From Pristiophorus japonicus (lineage: Eukaryota), in contig NC_091999.1 of NCBI RefSeq assembly GCF_044704955.1, positions 10,354,001 to 10,418,000 of the forward strand: a stretch of 64,000 nucleotides of DNA, written 5' to 3'. This document shows, piece by piece, positions 39,901 to 51,880 of this stretch. The position numbers and the translations under genes were made by a program. Position 1 is the first letter of the stretch, and each line of letters opens with the position of its first letter. Under the pieces are notes generated by a model, which saw only the letters and a program-made list of their open reading frames with translations, was not told the DNA's origin and did no database searches.

Positions 39901-40990
39901 TTTTGATGATGATTGAGAATAGACTGCTGGGCTGGTAATTGGCCGGATTAGAATTGTCCTGCTTTATGTGGACAGGACATACCTCGGCAGCTTTCCAGAT
40001 TGTTGTAGCTGTATCAGAAGTGCTTGACTAGAGGCGCAGCTAGTTCTGGAGCACAAGTCGTATTGACGACAACCAGGATGTTGTCGGGACCTCTAACCGT
40101 TGCAGTATCCAGGGACCTCAGACTTTTCTTGGGCTCACGTGGAGTGAATGGAATTGGGTGAAGACAGGCTTCTGCGATGTTGGTGATCTCAGGCCGATAT
40201 GGATCATCCATTTGATATTTTTCACTGAAGATTGTTGCAAACGCTGCAGCCTTGTCTTTTGCACTGACGTGCTGGCTCTGCCATCTTTGCAGATGGGGAT
40301 ATTCATGGAGCAACCATCTCCCCTTAGATGTTTAATGCACCACCACCATTCACGACGGGATGCAGCAGGATTGCAGAGCTTTGATCTGATCCTTTGTTTG
40401 TGAGATCGCTGAGCCTTGTCTACGGCATGCTGCTTCCACATTCTAGCGCGCATGTAGTCTGTGTTGCAGCTTCCCAGGGAGGCACCTCATTTTTACATAC
40501 ACCTGGTGCTGATTCTGGCATGCTCTTCTATATTCAACTCTGAACCAGGGTTGTTCCCCTGGCTTAATGGTATTGGTAGATTGAGGGATATGCCAGGCCA
40601 TTCGGTTACAGTTTGTGGTGGAATACAATTCTGCTCCTGCGTCATGGATGCTCAGTTTTGAGCTGCTTGACCTGTTCTGAATCTATCCCATCTAGCCCTT
40701 TGGTAGTGCCAAACAACACGATAAAGGATGTCCTTAGTGTGAAGATGGGACCTCGTCACCACAATGACTTTGCAGTGACACTGCTGCCAATGCTGTCATG
40801 GACAGATGCATCTGCGACAGGTGGATTGTTGAAGACGAGTTCAAGTCGTTATTTTTCCTCTTGTGATTTCACTCACCACCTCCCGCAGGCCCAGTGTGGT
40901 AGCTATGTCATCAAGACACGGCCAGCTCAGCCAGTAGTGTTGCTACCGAGCCAAACTTGGTGATGTACATTGTAGTCTCCCACCCAGAGT
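36935..40990 (-). mobile_element. Second non-LTR retrotransposon family (host of the nested CR1)
   Basis: GPDNI..CAPELAAPL, KFDTIQEKAARLIG, KPGEQPWF; 3' end at 36935-37030 resumes at ~38755. Confidence 0.75.
37030..38752 (-). mobile_element. CR1 LINE nested inside another LINE
   Basis: YLDFQKAFDKVPH; CATAGAAA-type tail at ~37035; close paralog of the 6170 and 8295 copies. Confidence 0.88.
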
Positions 40991-41049
40991 ACGTCTGATC
41001 AAGAAAGTTCTCCTGAACGCACGATGAAATTCTTCCACCTCTGTGCCGT

Positions 41050-41900
41050 TCATGCTATTACTATCCCAGACCATATTAGAACAGTTCAAGGCCTCCGTTA
41101 TCAATACTCGATAGTTATTCTACTTCTCTGTAATTTACCAACAAATGCCCCCGTCTATATACTTCCCACTATTTGGCGGCCTCTCGGAAACACCCAGTAG
41201 TTCATTTGAGGCTCTATTATTTCTTATATCCAACGATAGAGCGTCTGTGCGTGATCTATCCGGTACAAACCTTCCTCCAGCACTGCACCATTCTCCTGTA
41301 CTAATACTTCCAACCCAACTCCTTTCTTTCCTTCCCATTCATGAACACCTCTATCCAGGACTAATTAATACCCAAATCCTGCCCTTTTGTCAGCCACTAT
41401 CGCCACAACTTCATATCCGCATGTGGCTATTTCCACCTGCTGCACACCAACCTGATTAACCAAGCATTGTCCGTTTATCTATGTGAGATATCCTTGTATT
41501 CTCTCTTCGTGTGACCACCACCTACTAACTTAATATTTCTTGCTCTAGTGCTACCTGCATTCTGCCATCTAATGCTATATCCTGGTGCCCAACCCTCTGC
41601 CAAATTGGTTTAACGCCTCCCAACATAACTCGCAACCCCCACCCCCCAGCTGGGGAATATTTGTCCTGGAAGTTGAGGTGGAACCCTTCCTGCCTTTATG
41701 GTCCCACTTTACCTGGAGCGGGTCCCAATGTACCAGGAATCTAAAGCCTTCACTCTTGCACCATCTCTCCAGCCAGCCATTGCTCTGCTCCATCCGACTT
41801 TGGCTATATTCAAAAGCTCGTGGCACCGAGAGTAATCTGGAGATTATTAGCTTTCAGGTGATGCATTTTAATCTCGTTCTGAGATCCCTAAAATAATCAC
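41050..41900 (-). mobile_element. CR1 ORF1/endonuclease remnant
   Basis: WLERWCKSEGFRFLVHWD. Confidence 0.7.
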
Positions 41901-41917
41901 GAACTCATCCCTGATTA

Positions 41918-42605
41918 GGTTTTTCTACAGCTGTCTCCGTGCTCCGCATCACCGTGCCTGTGATACCCACCACGTCCAGGTTTGTGAAGTCTCTTCATGC
42001 ACTACATCACTGTGTGTCTGTAATCCCCACTATGTTTAGGCTTTGGAACACTCTCGGTGCTCTGTATCATTGTGTGTCGGTAATCCCCAACATGTTCCGG
42101 TTTTAGTACGACTCTCCCTGCTCTCTCCTTCCCCATGCTCTCCCCCTCCCCTGGTTCTCCACGTTCCCGCCCCAGCTCTCCCCTCCCTGTGCTTCCCCCC
42201 TCCCCGTGCTCTCCCGTTCCACTTCCACCCCCTGCTCTCTCCCTCTCATTGCTCTCCCCCTCCTTCCTTCCCTCTCCATGCTCTTAACAGATAAGGGAAT
42301 AAGGGTTTATGGGGACCGGGCAAGGAAGTGGACCTGAGTCGAGGATCGGATCAGCCATGATCATTTTAAATGGCTGAGCAGACTCGAGGGGTCGTATAGC
42401 CTACGCTTGCTTCTATTTCTTATGTTCTCATGTTCCCTACATGCACTATATAAGTGCGTATCTGTAATTGCCACCATGATCAGGTTTTAGTGCGGCTCTC
42501 TCCCTGCTGTGTCACTCTGTGCCTGTAATCCCCAATATGTTCTGATTTAATATCGCTCTTTCCATGTTCTGTATGACTGCGTATCTGTAATCCCGACCAT
42601 GATCA
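41918..42605 (-). repeat. Tandem array of ~6 degenerate RSS-containing units (~61 bp), interrupted by a CT-rich/CR1-tail insert (~42120-42435)
   Basis: Each unit copies the heptamer-spacer-nonamer of the 42606-42644 RSS plus a ~21-nt linker. Confidence 0.85.
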
Positions 42606-42644
42606 GGTTTTTGTACGGCTCTCTCCCTGCTGTGTATCACTGTG
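42606..42644 (-). other. Consensus 23-RSS of the supporting V-delta
   Basis: CACAGTG-23-ACAAAAACC. Confidence 0.97.
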
Positions 42645-42950
42645 CTGTGTGCCGACTCGGTGCACAGTAATACACAGCGGAGTCACTCAGTTGCAGTTTT
42701 GCGATGTTTAACCGGCTGATTTTCTCGGCAGGATCGATCGTAGCAGAAATTCGGCCACCGGCAGCGTTTTCTTTATTCCCCTCTCCTGAAGTGTGTCTCT
42801 GAAGCAGGTATTTTGGAGGCTGACCTGGGGACTGACAGTACCAGTGTACTGTGTACTGACAGGCACCTGGATATTCACAGCTTAAAGTAATGGTGTCACC
42901 GACAGTAGAAGTTTGTAGAAGCGGCCTCTGGGACACCGTGGAACTGGAAG
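42645..42950 (-). CDS. NAR-TCR supporting TCR-delta V (leaderless)
   Basis: Phase-1 acceptor CCCTCCAG; SSTVSQRP..ITLSCEYPGACQYTVHWY..DSAVYYCA; extra CDR1 Cys; no in-phase leader nearby; downstream of the NAR J. Confidence 0.92.
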
Positions 42951-44109
42951 CTGGAGGGCAAAAATGGGAGAATGTTATTTATTTGGCTGCTATTTACCCG
43001 GGGACAGTGGTCAATCACAGAAAAATTCTGCCTCTCACGGTAATGCTAATTTCATTTGAAGCCTGCTGCAAATTTATTCACTCTCAATGTCGAAAGAATA
43101 AGAGGGGGAGTTGAGAACGTTTTTTAAGCAGCACGTTTTTATGAACTAGAATACACTGCCTGAAAGGTGCTGCAACCATATCCAATTGTAACTTTCAAAC
43201 TGGAATTGGATCACTACTGCAAAAGAAAACATTTGAAGCGCTATGGGGAATGAGCAAGGGGCTGGGATCAAGTGACAGCACCTTCACGAGCCGGCACCTA
43301 CACACTGGGTAGAATGACCTCCTGCTGTGCTGCATGAAGTTATGATTGCTAGTAACTTTATCTTTTTATTTTTCTTGGTGCAAGATAAACCTGAGGTAAC
43401 ATTGTAATTCTCCTCCTCACTTACAATGATGATTGACCCATAGGAGCACTGCAGCGTTATTCCACTGAGCACAGCAAGATCCATCAAGAAGCAGTGTGTT
43501 TCATCAGCACCGATTGAGACAAACTGAAATTTTGTGGGTCAAAGACCAAGCGTTCAATGTAACCTTACTCTTACCGGGAGCTCCTGCCTGCCTTTAACTA
43601 TGTTTCACTTGTCTTCCGTTAATTGGGCAAATATTACGCCATTTAAATTTAAGTTGAATTATTTCCAGTTAGTTTCATTTTATTTCCACATCTGAGTCGC
43701 TCACTTTGTGCTGTTTGTGGTTTTCTTCCAAGCCTGTGAACTTGTCCTAAAGTGACTCAGTTGTCGGTTGGTTTCAGTCTGTGCAGCTCCTGCAGTGGTT
43801 TTACTGTTACTCACCGGGAACTGGCTCTTCAAAAACTCTGACAATTGCAGTTCCTCAGGCCCATTGGATGATTAAATCCGATTTGCTCCGGGCGGAGTTT
43901 TCTCTGAGTTTTACTTTGTACAGAATCTGCAGAAAAGGAACATTCGACTCAACGAGTCTGCTTTGGTGTTTATACTCCACACGAGGCTCCTCCCACTCTA
44001 ATTACCTCTTCCCACTGTGAACCCCGTGTTCATCCATTCCTTTCTTATCGTGTGTTTTCCAAGCCTCGCCTTAATTGCATCAAAGCTATCTGCTCCAACT
44101 TGTCCTTGT

Positions 44110-47100
44110 AGAAATATAGGAACATAGACATTTACAGCGTAGAAGTAGACCATTTCGGACCATCGTGTCTGCACAGGCCGACAAAGAGCCGCATGGCCCT
44201 TGGTCAGCAGCCCTAAAGGTTACGTATAAACCAATGAACAATGACGTAGAGGGAAAGAAAACCCAGCCAAATCAATCAGCCTCACACAACTGCCACACCC
44301 CTTATACTGTACCATTCTACACTCCACCCCAACCGGAACCATGTGATCTCCTGGGAGAGGCAAAAACCAGAGAAAATCCCAAGGAGAAAAAATGTGCGAA
44401 AAATTTCTCTCGCGGCCATCCAGGCGATCGAAACTAGTCCAGGAGATCAAGTTGGCGGTATTCTTTTCACTGCAGTACTTACCATAATACCTGCGCCATC
44501 CAACAAAAGGTCATCCAGTCTAATCCCAATTACCAGCTCTTGGTCTGTAACCCTGCAGGTTATGGCACTTGAAGTGTCCATCCAACCATCTCTTAAAGGT
44601 GGTGAGGGTTTTTGCATCCACCACTCTTCCAGGCAACGAGTTCCAGATCCCCACAACCCATCTGTGTAAAGAAGCACCGCCTCAAATCCTCTCTAAATCT
44701 TCCACCAACCACCTTAAATCTATGCATCTCGTTATAGAACCCTCCCTCAATGGAAATAGGCCCTTACTATCTACTATGTCTCGGCCCCTCAATAATTTGT
44801 ACACCTCAATAAGGTCTCCACTCAACCTCCTCTGTTCCAATGAGAACTAACCCAGCCTATCCAATCTGTCCTCATATCGAAGATTCTCGGTTCCAGGCAG
44901 CATCCCAGTAAATCTCTTCACCCTCTCTACTGCAATCCGCCCTTCCTATAATACGGCAAATAGAACAACACATATTACTCCAGCTATGGCCGAACCAGAA
45001 TATTATACAATTTAAGCATAACCTCACTGCTCTTATGTTCTATGCCTCGGTCAATAAAGGCAAGCATTCCATATGTCTTCTTAACGACCTTATCCGCCTG
45101 GCCTGCTGCATTCACGGATCTGTGGACAAGCACTGCAAGGTCCCTTTGTTCATCTACTCTAATAAGTGACCTATCGCCTAATGTGTATCCACGTTCCTTA
45201 TTACCCCTCCGAAAGTGCATCACCTCACATGTCTGTGAATTAAATTCCATTTGCCACTACTCTTCCCACCTGACCAGTAGATTGATATCCTCCTGTAGCC
45301 CATGACTTTCCTCCTCATTATCAGCACACAGCCAATTTTAGTGTAGTCTGCAAATTTCTTAATCATACTCCCTGTGTTCAAATCTAATTCGTTGATATTC
45401 ACCAAAAAGCTAGGGAACCAGTACTGAGCCCTGCGGAACCCCACTGGAAACATCCTTCCAGTCACAAAAACATCCATCAATCATTACCCTTTGCTTCCTA
45501 CCTCCAAGCCAGTTTTGGATCCATCTTGCTACTTTGCCCTGTATCCCATGGGCGTTAACCTTCATGGCAAGTCTACCATGTGGGAGCTTATCAAAAGCCT
45601 TTCCAAAGTCCATATATACTAGTATGTAGGCACTACCATCGTCGATCCTCTTGATAACCTCCTCAGAAAACTCAATAAGGTTAGTCAAACACGATCTTCC
45701 CTTAACAACTCCGTGCTGACTCTCCCTAATTAATCCAAATGAGGATTCATCCTGTTTTTCAGATTTTTTACAATAGTTTTCCCACCACTGAGGTTAGGCT
45801 GACAGGCCTGTAATTAATCGACCTATCCCTTTTTTCCTTCTTGAACAGGGGTACTACATTAGCAATCCTCCAATCCTTCAGCACTATGCCCAGATCCAAA
45901 GATGAGTGGAAAAAATGGTCAAGGCCTCTGCTATTTCCTCCTTTACTTTGCTCAACAGCCTGGGATGCATTTCATCTGCTCCTCTGGACGTATCTAATTT
46001 CAAAACTGTTAAACCACTTAATACTTCCTCTCTCACTATATTGATTTCATCGAGAATATCACACTCCTCCTTAATAGCAGTATCTGCATTGTCCCTTTCA
46101 TTTCTGAAAGCAGAGCAAAGTATTCGCTAAGAACCAGACCAACATCTTTCGCCTCAACACAAAGATTACCATCATGGCCACTAATAGGCCATACCCTTTC
46201 TATAGTTACCCTCTTACTCTTCATATCTTAATCGAACAATTTAGAGTTTTCCTTTATTTTACTGCCCAAGAATTCCTCGTACTCTCTCTTAACATTTCTA
46301 ATAACTTTTTATTATTTCCTCTTAACTTTCTATATTCCTCTGAAGATTTTATAGTATTTAGCCGTTAGTTTCTGACATACACGTCCTTTTTTTCTTAATC
46401 GTTCCATGTAAGTCCCTAGACATCCAGCGGGGGGGGGGGGGGGGTGGGGGTTTGAATTAATTTTCCAAGCCTTTTTATTTCAGGGCACATGTTTGGCCTG
46501 AACCTTCCTGATCTCCTCCTTGAATGCCTCCCACTGTTCCGACACTGATTTATCCACAAGTACCTGTTTCCAGTCTACTATGGTCAAATCACTGCTTAAC
46601 TTAGAACATTTTTCTTTACACCAATTTGGAACTTTTATTCCAGGCCTATTCTTGTCCTTATCTATAACCAACTTGAATTTGACTGAATTATGGTCAGTGG
46701 CACCAAAGTGCTCTCCCACTAATACCCCTTTAACCTGCCCAGCTTCCTTCCCCAAAACTAAATCTAAGACCGCCTCCTCTCGTGTTGGGCTTGCTACATA
46801 CTGACTAAAAAGATCCTCTTCAACGCATTTCAAGAATTCCGCACCCTCTATACCCTTCACACTAAATTTGTTCCAATCATTTTTTGGATAGTTAAAATCC
46901 CCTACTATTACTATCCTATGGTTTTTGGACCTCATAGCAATTTGCCTACATGTTTCCTCCTCTATCTCTCTCCAACTGTTTGCGTCTATAATACAAGCCC
47001 AGCAGTGTGATCGCCCCTTTTTTAATTTTCAATTCGACCCATATGGCTTCGTTTGATGATCCCTCTAACATAGCATTCCTCCTCACCGCTGCAATAGTTT

Positions 47101-48450
47101 CTTTAATCAGTACCGCAACCCGTTCCCGTTTTTTACCCCCTCTCTATCTTGTCTGAAAATCATGTAGCCAGGAATATTGATCTGCCAAACCTGCCCCTCT
47201 TCCTGCCATGTCTCTATAATGGATATAAAGTCAAACACCAAGTGTCTACCTCTGCTCCTAGCTCATCCGCCTTACGCGCTATTGTAATGACTCAAGGATA
47301 TGCTTAATGTAAACTCACTCAGGTGCAAGCTGATCCATCTTTATTCCAGCACAATTGTGCCTGCGTGACAAAGATACCCAGCTTTTACTCGGGTGATTAA
47401 ACCTACAGCCCGATGTCCTCCGACCACAGTGCCCTGTGGTGTGTGATGACCCCCAAGCATTAATACATAACAGCTATACTCCTTGCATTAAATTATATAA
47501 CATTCAGCACAGGAAGTCCTCCTTCCTTACTACATACTAAGCCCTGCAACCTCTGTCTTACAGATTCGCTTTCTGAATTCTTGCTATCCAATTTCTGATT
47601 TAATTCCTTCCCTTTTGAATTCGTTCTCAGGTTTCCATTCCCATGCCAAGCTAGTTTAAACTCGCCCCAACTGCACTAGCAAAAGTCCCCGTGAGGATAT
47701 TAGTCCCGGCTCTGTTGTCATGCAAACCGTGCGGTTTGTACAAGTCCTATCTCCCCATAGAAGCGGTCCCAATGCCTCAAGAATTTCAAGCCCTCCCTCC
47801 AAGACCAACTTTCCAGACATGTGTTAATCCTCTTTAATCTTCTATGCTTGTACTCATTAGCACATGGCACCGGTAATAACCGGGGGATTACTAACTTTGA
47901 GGTCCAACCCTTCAATTTACTTCCTAGCTCCCTGAATTCTTACTCTAGGAACTCATTCCTCACTTTACCTATGTCCATTGGTCCCGATATGGACCTCGAC
48001 CCTCGCTGTTTACCAGACCCGGCAGGATGCCTTCCGTCTGTTCTGTGACAACCTTGACCCTGGCACCAGGGAGGCGCTAAACCATTCGGGACTCAAGTCT
48101 GCGGCCGCAGAAACGCCTCTCTGTCCCCCTAACTATAGAATCCCCTATCACTAGGGCTCTTTTGTTCTTCGTCCCTCCCAATTGTGTAGTTGAGCCACCC
48201 ATGGTGCCTTGGAATTAGCTCTGGCTGTACTCCCCAGAGGCACCATCGTCCTTACCGATACTTCGAAGTGAATATCGGTTTGCAAGCCAGATGAACTCAT
48301 GGGAGGATACCTGCGCTACCTGCCTAGCACATTTATTACATCTGCTGTTAACGCACTTCCCCTCAACCTGCACCCCTTTAAGCTGCGGGGTGACCATCTC
48401 CTGAAACGAGCTATCCACGTAGCTCCCAGCCTCATGGATGCACCGTATTG
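44110..48450 (-). mobile_element. Near full-length decayed CR1 LINE in the NAR J-to-V-delta intron
   Basis: VGDFNYP..VLDLVL..DHN (EN), MDFGKAFDKLPH, SGVPQGSVL, KFADYTK (RT), ORF1 remnants. Confidence 0.9.
47283..47472 (-). mobile_element. Solo LTR (190 bp) with 5-bp TSD
   Basis: TGTAATG...CATAACA flanked on both sides by GCTAT; AATAAA on minus at ~47340-47345; interrupts the CR1. Confidence 0.85.
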
Positions 48451-49613
48451 ACTCCACCCGCTGCTCCAGATCCGAAATGGGGCAGCGAGTTCCACATTCT
48501 GAATCATCTCTGTGTAAATAAATTCTTCCTAATGTCTTTATTTGTTCTGTTAGTGACTATCTTATATTTGTGGCCCATTATCCTGGCCTCACCCATAATG
48601 GAAACAGTTTCTGTACGTGCATCCTATCGAACCCTTCATAATTTTAATAAACTATTTCAGTTCTGCTCGTTTTCTTTTCTTCTCCAAAGAAAAGAGCTCC
48701 CGCCTGTTCAATATTTCCAGCAATGTGCGGAATTCTGCTGCGGTCTTTTTTCAGGGGTGTAGAATTCCAAAGCGGAGAGAAGGGCTGGAGCCAAATCACA
48801 GCCCGTTCCTCCAGGAAAGTTCACTCCCCTGGTGTCAGGTTGTGATTTGAACGTCCCAGAGACCGTTATCTCTACACAGCCGCCTGGCCGGTGAAGTCAG
48901 ATATTTCTCTCCTTTTTGCTGCACATATCGGACCGGCCTCTGCTAATATCGGTCGGGCCGGTGCATGTATTGAACCTGCGGCAGCAGATATAGGACTGGC
49001 CGCCACATATAACAGACAGGCCGCTGCAGATAGAGCATCGCCGCTGCATTTAACGTCCGGGCCGATACAAGTATTGGACAGGTCGCTGAATTGTTGGTTT
49101 CACTCTCCCATTACCTGATTCACTCAGCCCGACTCTGAGAGCTATCTCCTGCCCATGAGAAAGCTCTGTGCATGCCCCCCTCACCCACCCCACACCCACC
49201 CCACCCACCACCACGGCTCCCAGGGAGAGCTTTAGCTCCCTCAGTCACAGAGAGCGGAGTCCAGTGTGTCGACAATCTGCGCTCAATTACTTCAACTGCG
49301 GATCAGAGAAAGAGAGTATCTGGATCATTCCTTGGATATCCTGAGGACCCCGTTGAACCAATGATGCAGATCGGGGTCCGACCACTACAGCCCGCTAGCT
49401 GCATGGGAGGGGGGGTCTTACACCTCCAATATCCGGACCCGAGCCCCACCCCTGTTCATATTTAACCCCGGAAAAATGCATTGGAATGACTCTATTAGGA
49501 AACAGCTCTGTTTTACTTCGAAAGAAATTGAGGTGATATTGATCACAATACTAAAGTGACGGTGAATAGTAACCTGGAAAGTCTGTAACACGGTCTGGTT
49601 TTGAGTTACTTAC

Positions 49614-49668
49614 CGGCTGTGACAGTCACCACAGTTCCGGATCCATCCACAGTATCATAATAGTCCAC
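49614..49668 (-). CDS. NAR-TCR J segment
   Basis: VDYYDTVDGSGTVVTVTA + G/GTAAGT donor; RSS at 49669-49707 (CACCGTG-23-ATAAGAACC read on plus). Confidence 0.92.
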
Positions 49669-50051
49669 CACCGTGACACCACTCTCAGTCACTCCGACAT
49701 AAGAACCACCGACACCTCAATCTACCGGCCACACAACACCAGACATTAGGCGCTGCTCAATAATGATCCAATGACCAATAATCAAAATTTGTTTCCCACA
49801 GTCCCCGTCGGTTCAATCTGTTCTTTGTGAGATTCTGACCTCCTCGTAAAATAGTCCGGGAACATGGGCCGGCGTTAAAGGCTTCCTATAAATGGAGAAA
49901 ATATCAGAGAAAGATAATCGAAAGCAGGAATTACACTGAAATTAAACCAGATTACAGCGACAATATGGTCAAACCTACAATTCAAGTTCCGGGCCCGGCG
50001 AATTCATGCTTTAATTGTATATAGGTTTTTGCTCAGGGCTCTGCCACTGTG

Positions 50052-50064
50052 TTGCTCCAGTCAA
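50052..50064 (-). CDS. NAR-TCR D segment (13 nt, TTGACTGGAGCAA)
   Basis: 3' RSS CACAGTG-12-GCAAAAACC (50024-50051); 5' RSS CACACTG-12-ATAAATTCT (50065-50092). Confidence 0.88.
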
Positions 50065-50404
50065 CACACTGTTTCACGTCAGCATAAATTCTCTCAGTAA
50101 TCGGTGAGATGTTTGTACATTAGGGACGCAGCAGTTTCGACGGTTCCCGGTTCCAGCTGTTAGAGCAGGATCCCACCTGGTGTTCTGGATTTGCAACAGC
50201 GATCAGTCATTCCAAATTACAATTCATTGACACCAATCCCGGGAAAGACATCACCGCCCGCACACACTCAGCATTTACAAAACTCAAGCTGTTAACTGCA
50301 ATAATCCAATCTGATTATAAACTCGACTGTGGGGCAGATAGTGCGAGGTGGAACTCAGTGTTTAATCCCGCTTTTCACTAGTTTCTGTCAAAATCTGCAG
50401 TGAG

Positions 50405-50442
50405 AGTTTTTGTATCGCGGGAAACCAAGGTCTATCACTGTG
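50405..50442 (-). other. 22-spacer RSS of the NAR-TCR V
   Basis: CACAGTG-22-ACAAAAACT. Confidence 0.95.
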
Positions 50443-50919
50443 TATTATATTTGTACTGAGCTTTACAGTAATAGATGGCGCTGTCTTCAACTCGCACATC
50501 TCCAATTTCCAGCCAAAATGTCTTTTCAGCCTCATTCGTCCTCATAACAAATCGCTCGTCGATCGAGATCCGTTCCCTCTCTGTCCCGGTCTTGGTTTGT
50601 CTGAAGAATTCCCCACGAGTTAAAGGACGAGCGAAAAATCCACCATAGAAAACGCAGGTGATGGTGAGAGACTGACACTCCTGCCTGGTCACCGCTGGCG
50701 GGGTTTGTACCACTGACTGACTGAAATAAGCTGGAAATTAAACGGAGAGTGTTTAATGGAACATCTGAGTCGAACCACACAGCGGGGCTAAAACCCAGAT
50801 AAAGTCTGTAATTCGGAAGGACACGGCAGCTTTATATTAAATCCACACAATGTCTATTTGACTGAACGGTACTCACGGGGGAAACAGATATACAGGGCGA
50901 AAACAAGCAGGATTCCCAT
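50443..50919 (-). CDS. NAR-TCR V segment (IgNAR-like; exons 50877-50919, 50443-50730)
   Basis: Leader MGILLVFALYICFP/GTGAGT; VVQTPPAVTRQECQSLTITC..FFRQ..ERISIDERF..EDSAIYYCKA; shortened CDR2 region and YYCKA as in VNAR; extra FR1 Cys. Confidence 0.95.
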
Positions 50920-51559
50920 CGCTGTTCTGCCAATAACGGATAGTTCATGTGACGGGGAGCTGGAGATTGTAGCCCTGGACTGCTTTTGGAGACTAAAGCT
51001 CAGAGCGGGACTGAAACACTGTAGAGGATGAAGTGATTTGTAGAGGGCAGTATTCCGGTGATCAGTGATGGGTCGCACGGTCCCAAGATCTCTGGCTGTG
51101 AGCTGTGTGAAAAAGCCACAGGTTTAACGAGGGACCTGCAGTTTTCTGGCGCTTTATTTAGTCTCTGAGCCCGATGAGAAAGCCCCGCCCACATTAGTCT
51201 GAGGTACATGGGCCGAGTTGTTCTTTCAGCCCTCCATGGCCGATTTATTAACTCACCGAATCAAATCCCAACCTCCGTTCAGCAAGGAGATGCTGTGTTG
51301 TTGGTACTTTCTGACTGCGGGTATCCTGAAGAGCAGAGAGAATCTCTGAGTGGATTGGACACCGAATCCGGGAATTGCAGGAGGAGGACGCCTCTCATCA
51401 AACAAATCATTGAAAGATGGATTGAACCACGGGAAAGGAAAGAAGAAACTCTACTGGTCTCTGTGGAAACAGACGCATAATAAATTTACCTCCAGGGTGA
51501 AATATGACACGGCAAAATATACTTTTTTATGGTGAGGAAATCAATTCCTCTCACAGACA

Positions 51560-51880
51560 GAGGAGAGAAATGTGGATTGGCTGCATGATTTATATAACAG
51601 CGGCATTGACTAAGTGACAGGAAACAGATAGCCTTTGTGAACGGTTGTTTATCAGACTGCAGGAGGGTATATAGTGGTGTCCATCAGTGTCTGTAATAGG
51701 ACAACTGCATTCTTGATGTTTATTAATAACTTATACTTGAGAGTACAAACCATAATTTCAAAATTTGCAGCTGCCAGAACATTTGGAAATATAGTGAACA
51801 GTGAGGAGGACAGCGATGAACTTTAAGAAGATATCGACAGGCTGGTGGAATGGGTGGACATGTGGCAGATAACATTTCTC
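51560..51880 (+). mobile_element. CR1 RT fragment
   Basis: ISKFAA..ELQEDIDRLVEW-type remnant. Confidence 0.65.

Noticed and set aside
46429-46450. Poly-G run as a functional G-quadruplex
   Set aside because: Lies inside a decayed CR1; homopolymer length is unreliable.
48880-49090. GC-rich ~21-bp degenerate repeats in the NAR intron as a switch-like region or enhancer
   Set aside because: Too short and degenerate to support any function from sequence alone.
50443-50919. IgNAR antibody cluster
   Set aside because: Only one D, no constant exons, FR1 Cys, and a leaderless V-delta downstream within a TCR V array indicate NAR-TCR.
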